From: a virus
Lineage: Duplodnaviria > Caudoviricetes
Length of the DNA: 59,046 nt
IMG/VR virus record: IMGVR_UViG_3300030329_000446
Span: 1-59,046 of that record
Strand: one strand, 5' to 3'
The notes below the pieces were generated by a model. It ran no database searches, was not told where the DNA came from, and saw nothing but the letters and a program-made list of their open reading frames with translations. Of the stretch, positions 58,414 through 59,046 are shown one piece after another; position 1 is the first letter of the stretch; each line of letters starts with the position of its first letter. A program made the translations under genes and the position numbers.

Positions 58414-59046
58414 ATGGCTATGAGTAAAGCAGAATCACGTAAATTAGTTTCAGAAGCATTAAGAGAGTTTGAAGAAAAAGGTGGAAAAATAGAAAAGGTT
58501 AGACCAGGAAGAGCAAAAGGTTTAAAACCTCAAGTAACTGAGCCAGGACGTAGAGGATCACCAGGAGTACGAGTAAGTTTACGGGGTGGAAATGTAATTA
58601 GTATTGATGGTCCTCCATTAACTGATACAGAAAAAAAACAACGAAAAAATAAAACTAAAACTCCTACTCCTAAACCTCCGACTACTACTACTAAACCTAC
58701 GAATACATCAAAGAAAACTAAAATTACTGGTCACTCTAAGACTCCAGGTAGATTTGTTGATAGAAAAACAGGTAAAGATGTTACTCAACCAATACCAAAG
58801 AAAGGTAGTAGTACTATACGTAAAGAAGCAAATAAAAATAAACCAAAATCTCGTGTAAAACCTATTAAAAAAATTCCAAGTAAAACACAAGGTTTATCCT
58901 ATATAATACAACAATTAACTAAAAAATTAAAAAGTTTGGATACAAAGTCTACTCCTAAGACTACTCCTAAAGATGGTGGTTTTAAATCTACTAAGGTTAA
59001 TGGTACAAAAACACCAATAAAAAAAGCTACACTTAATAAACAACCA
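58414..59046 (+). CDS. 5' part of the basic protein that continues across the junction to 963
   Basis: AAGGAG RBS, ATG at 58414, open to the window end, in frame with 1-963. Confidence 0.8.
   Translation, partial: MAMSKAESRKLVSEALREFEEKGGKIEKVRPGRAKGLKPQVTEPGRRGSPGVRVSLRGGNVISIDGPPLTDTEKKQRKNKTKTPTPKPPTTTTKPTNTSKKTKITGHSKTPGRFVDRKTGKDVTQPIPKKGSSTIRKEANKNKPKSRVKPIKKIPSKTQGLSYIIQQLTKKLKSLDTKSTPKTTPKDGGFKSTKVNGTKTPIKKATLNKQP
58894..59046 (+). repeat. Terminal direct repeat, right copy
   Basis: 153 bp matching 1-165 with one 12-bp unit fewer. Confidence 0.95.

Larger units (their letters stand above)
1..59046. mobile_element. Near-complete tailed dsDNA bacteriophage genome (podovirus-like, probably lytic), circular assembly
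   Basis: TerL, portal, MCP, T7-like primase-helicase and PolA all present; terminal overlap; no cellular housekeeping context; no integrase seen. Confidence 0.96.

Noticed and set aside
1-59046. tRNA genes, integrase/att site, introns or inteins, alternative genetic code
   Set aside because: None recognisable by eye; core genes are full length and uninterrupted in the standard code; tRNAscan/Infernal would be needed to exclude RNAs formally

Overview
The window looks like an essentially complete, circularly assembled ~58.9 kb tailed dsDNA phage genome. It is AT-rich, podovirus-like in gene content and probably lytic; a marine alphaproteobacterial host is inferred, not shown. Bases 1-165 recur at 58894-59046 with one 12-bp unit missing, and one basic-protein gene runs across the junction. 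There are two divergent arms separated by a ~500-bp non-coding gap (~46490-47030). The minus-strand arm (~46480 to 24268) holds many tiny early genes, a DUF932-like protein, a SleB hydrolase, T7-like primase-helicase, ThyX, HNH, family A DNA polymerase, SSB, nucleases, class II RNR, a half-size Na/Pi symporter, two glycosyltransferase genes, a holin, IscA and TerS. The plus-strand arm (47028 through the junction to 24265) holds TerL, portal, GroES-like protein, scaffold, capsid, adaptors, a block of very basic proteins, fibres, nozzle, a GNAT, ejection-type proteins, an M15 endolysin and an Nfu domain. I saw no integrase, RNA polymerase, tRNA, CRISPR array or reverse transcriptase; sigma70-like promoters occur on both arms. 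Best leads: (1) a short GG peptide tag shared by about eight otherwise unrelated late proteins, a candidate capsid-cargo or processing signal; (2) a small basic protein whose N-terminus copies that of the major capsid protein; (3) a GNAT next to 'MCFG'-start ejection proteins; (4) a GT-methyltransferase-Maf fusion; (5) a ROSE-like RNA thermometer on an orphan gene; (6) an IscA plus Nfu Fe-S pair. All product calls come from motif recognition and synteny by eye; no searches were run.
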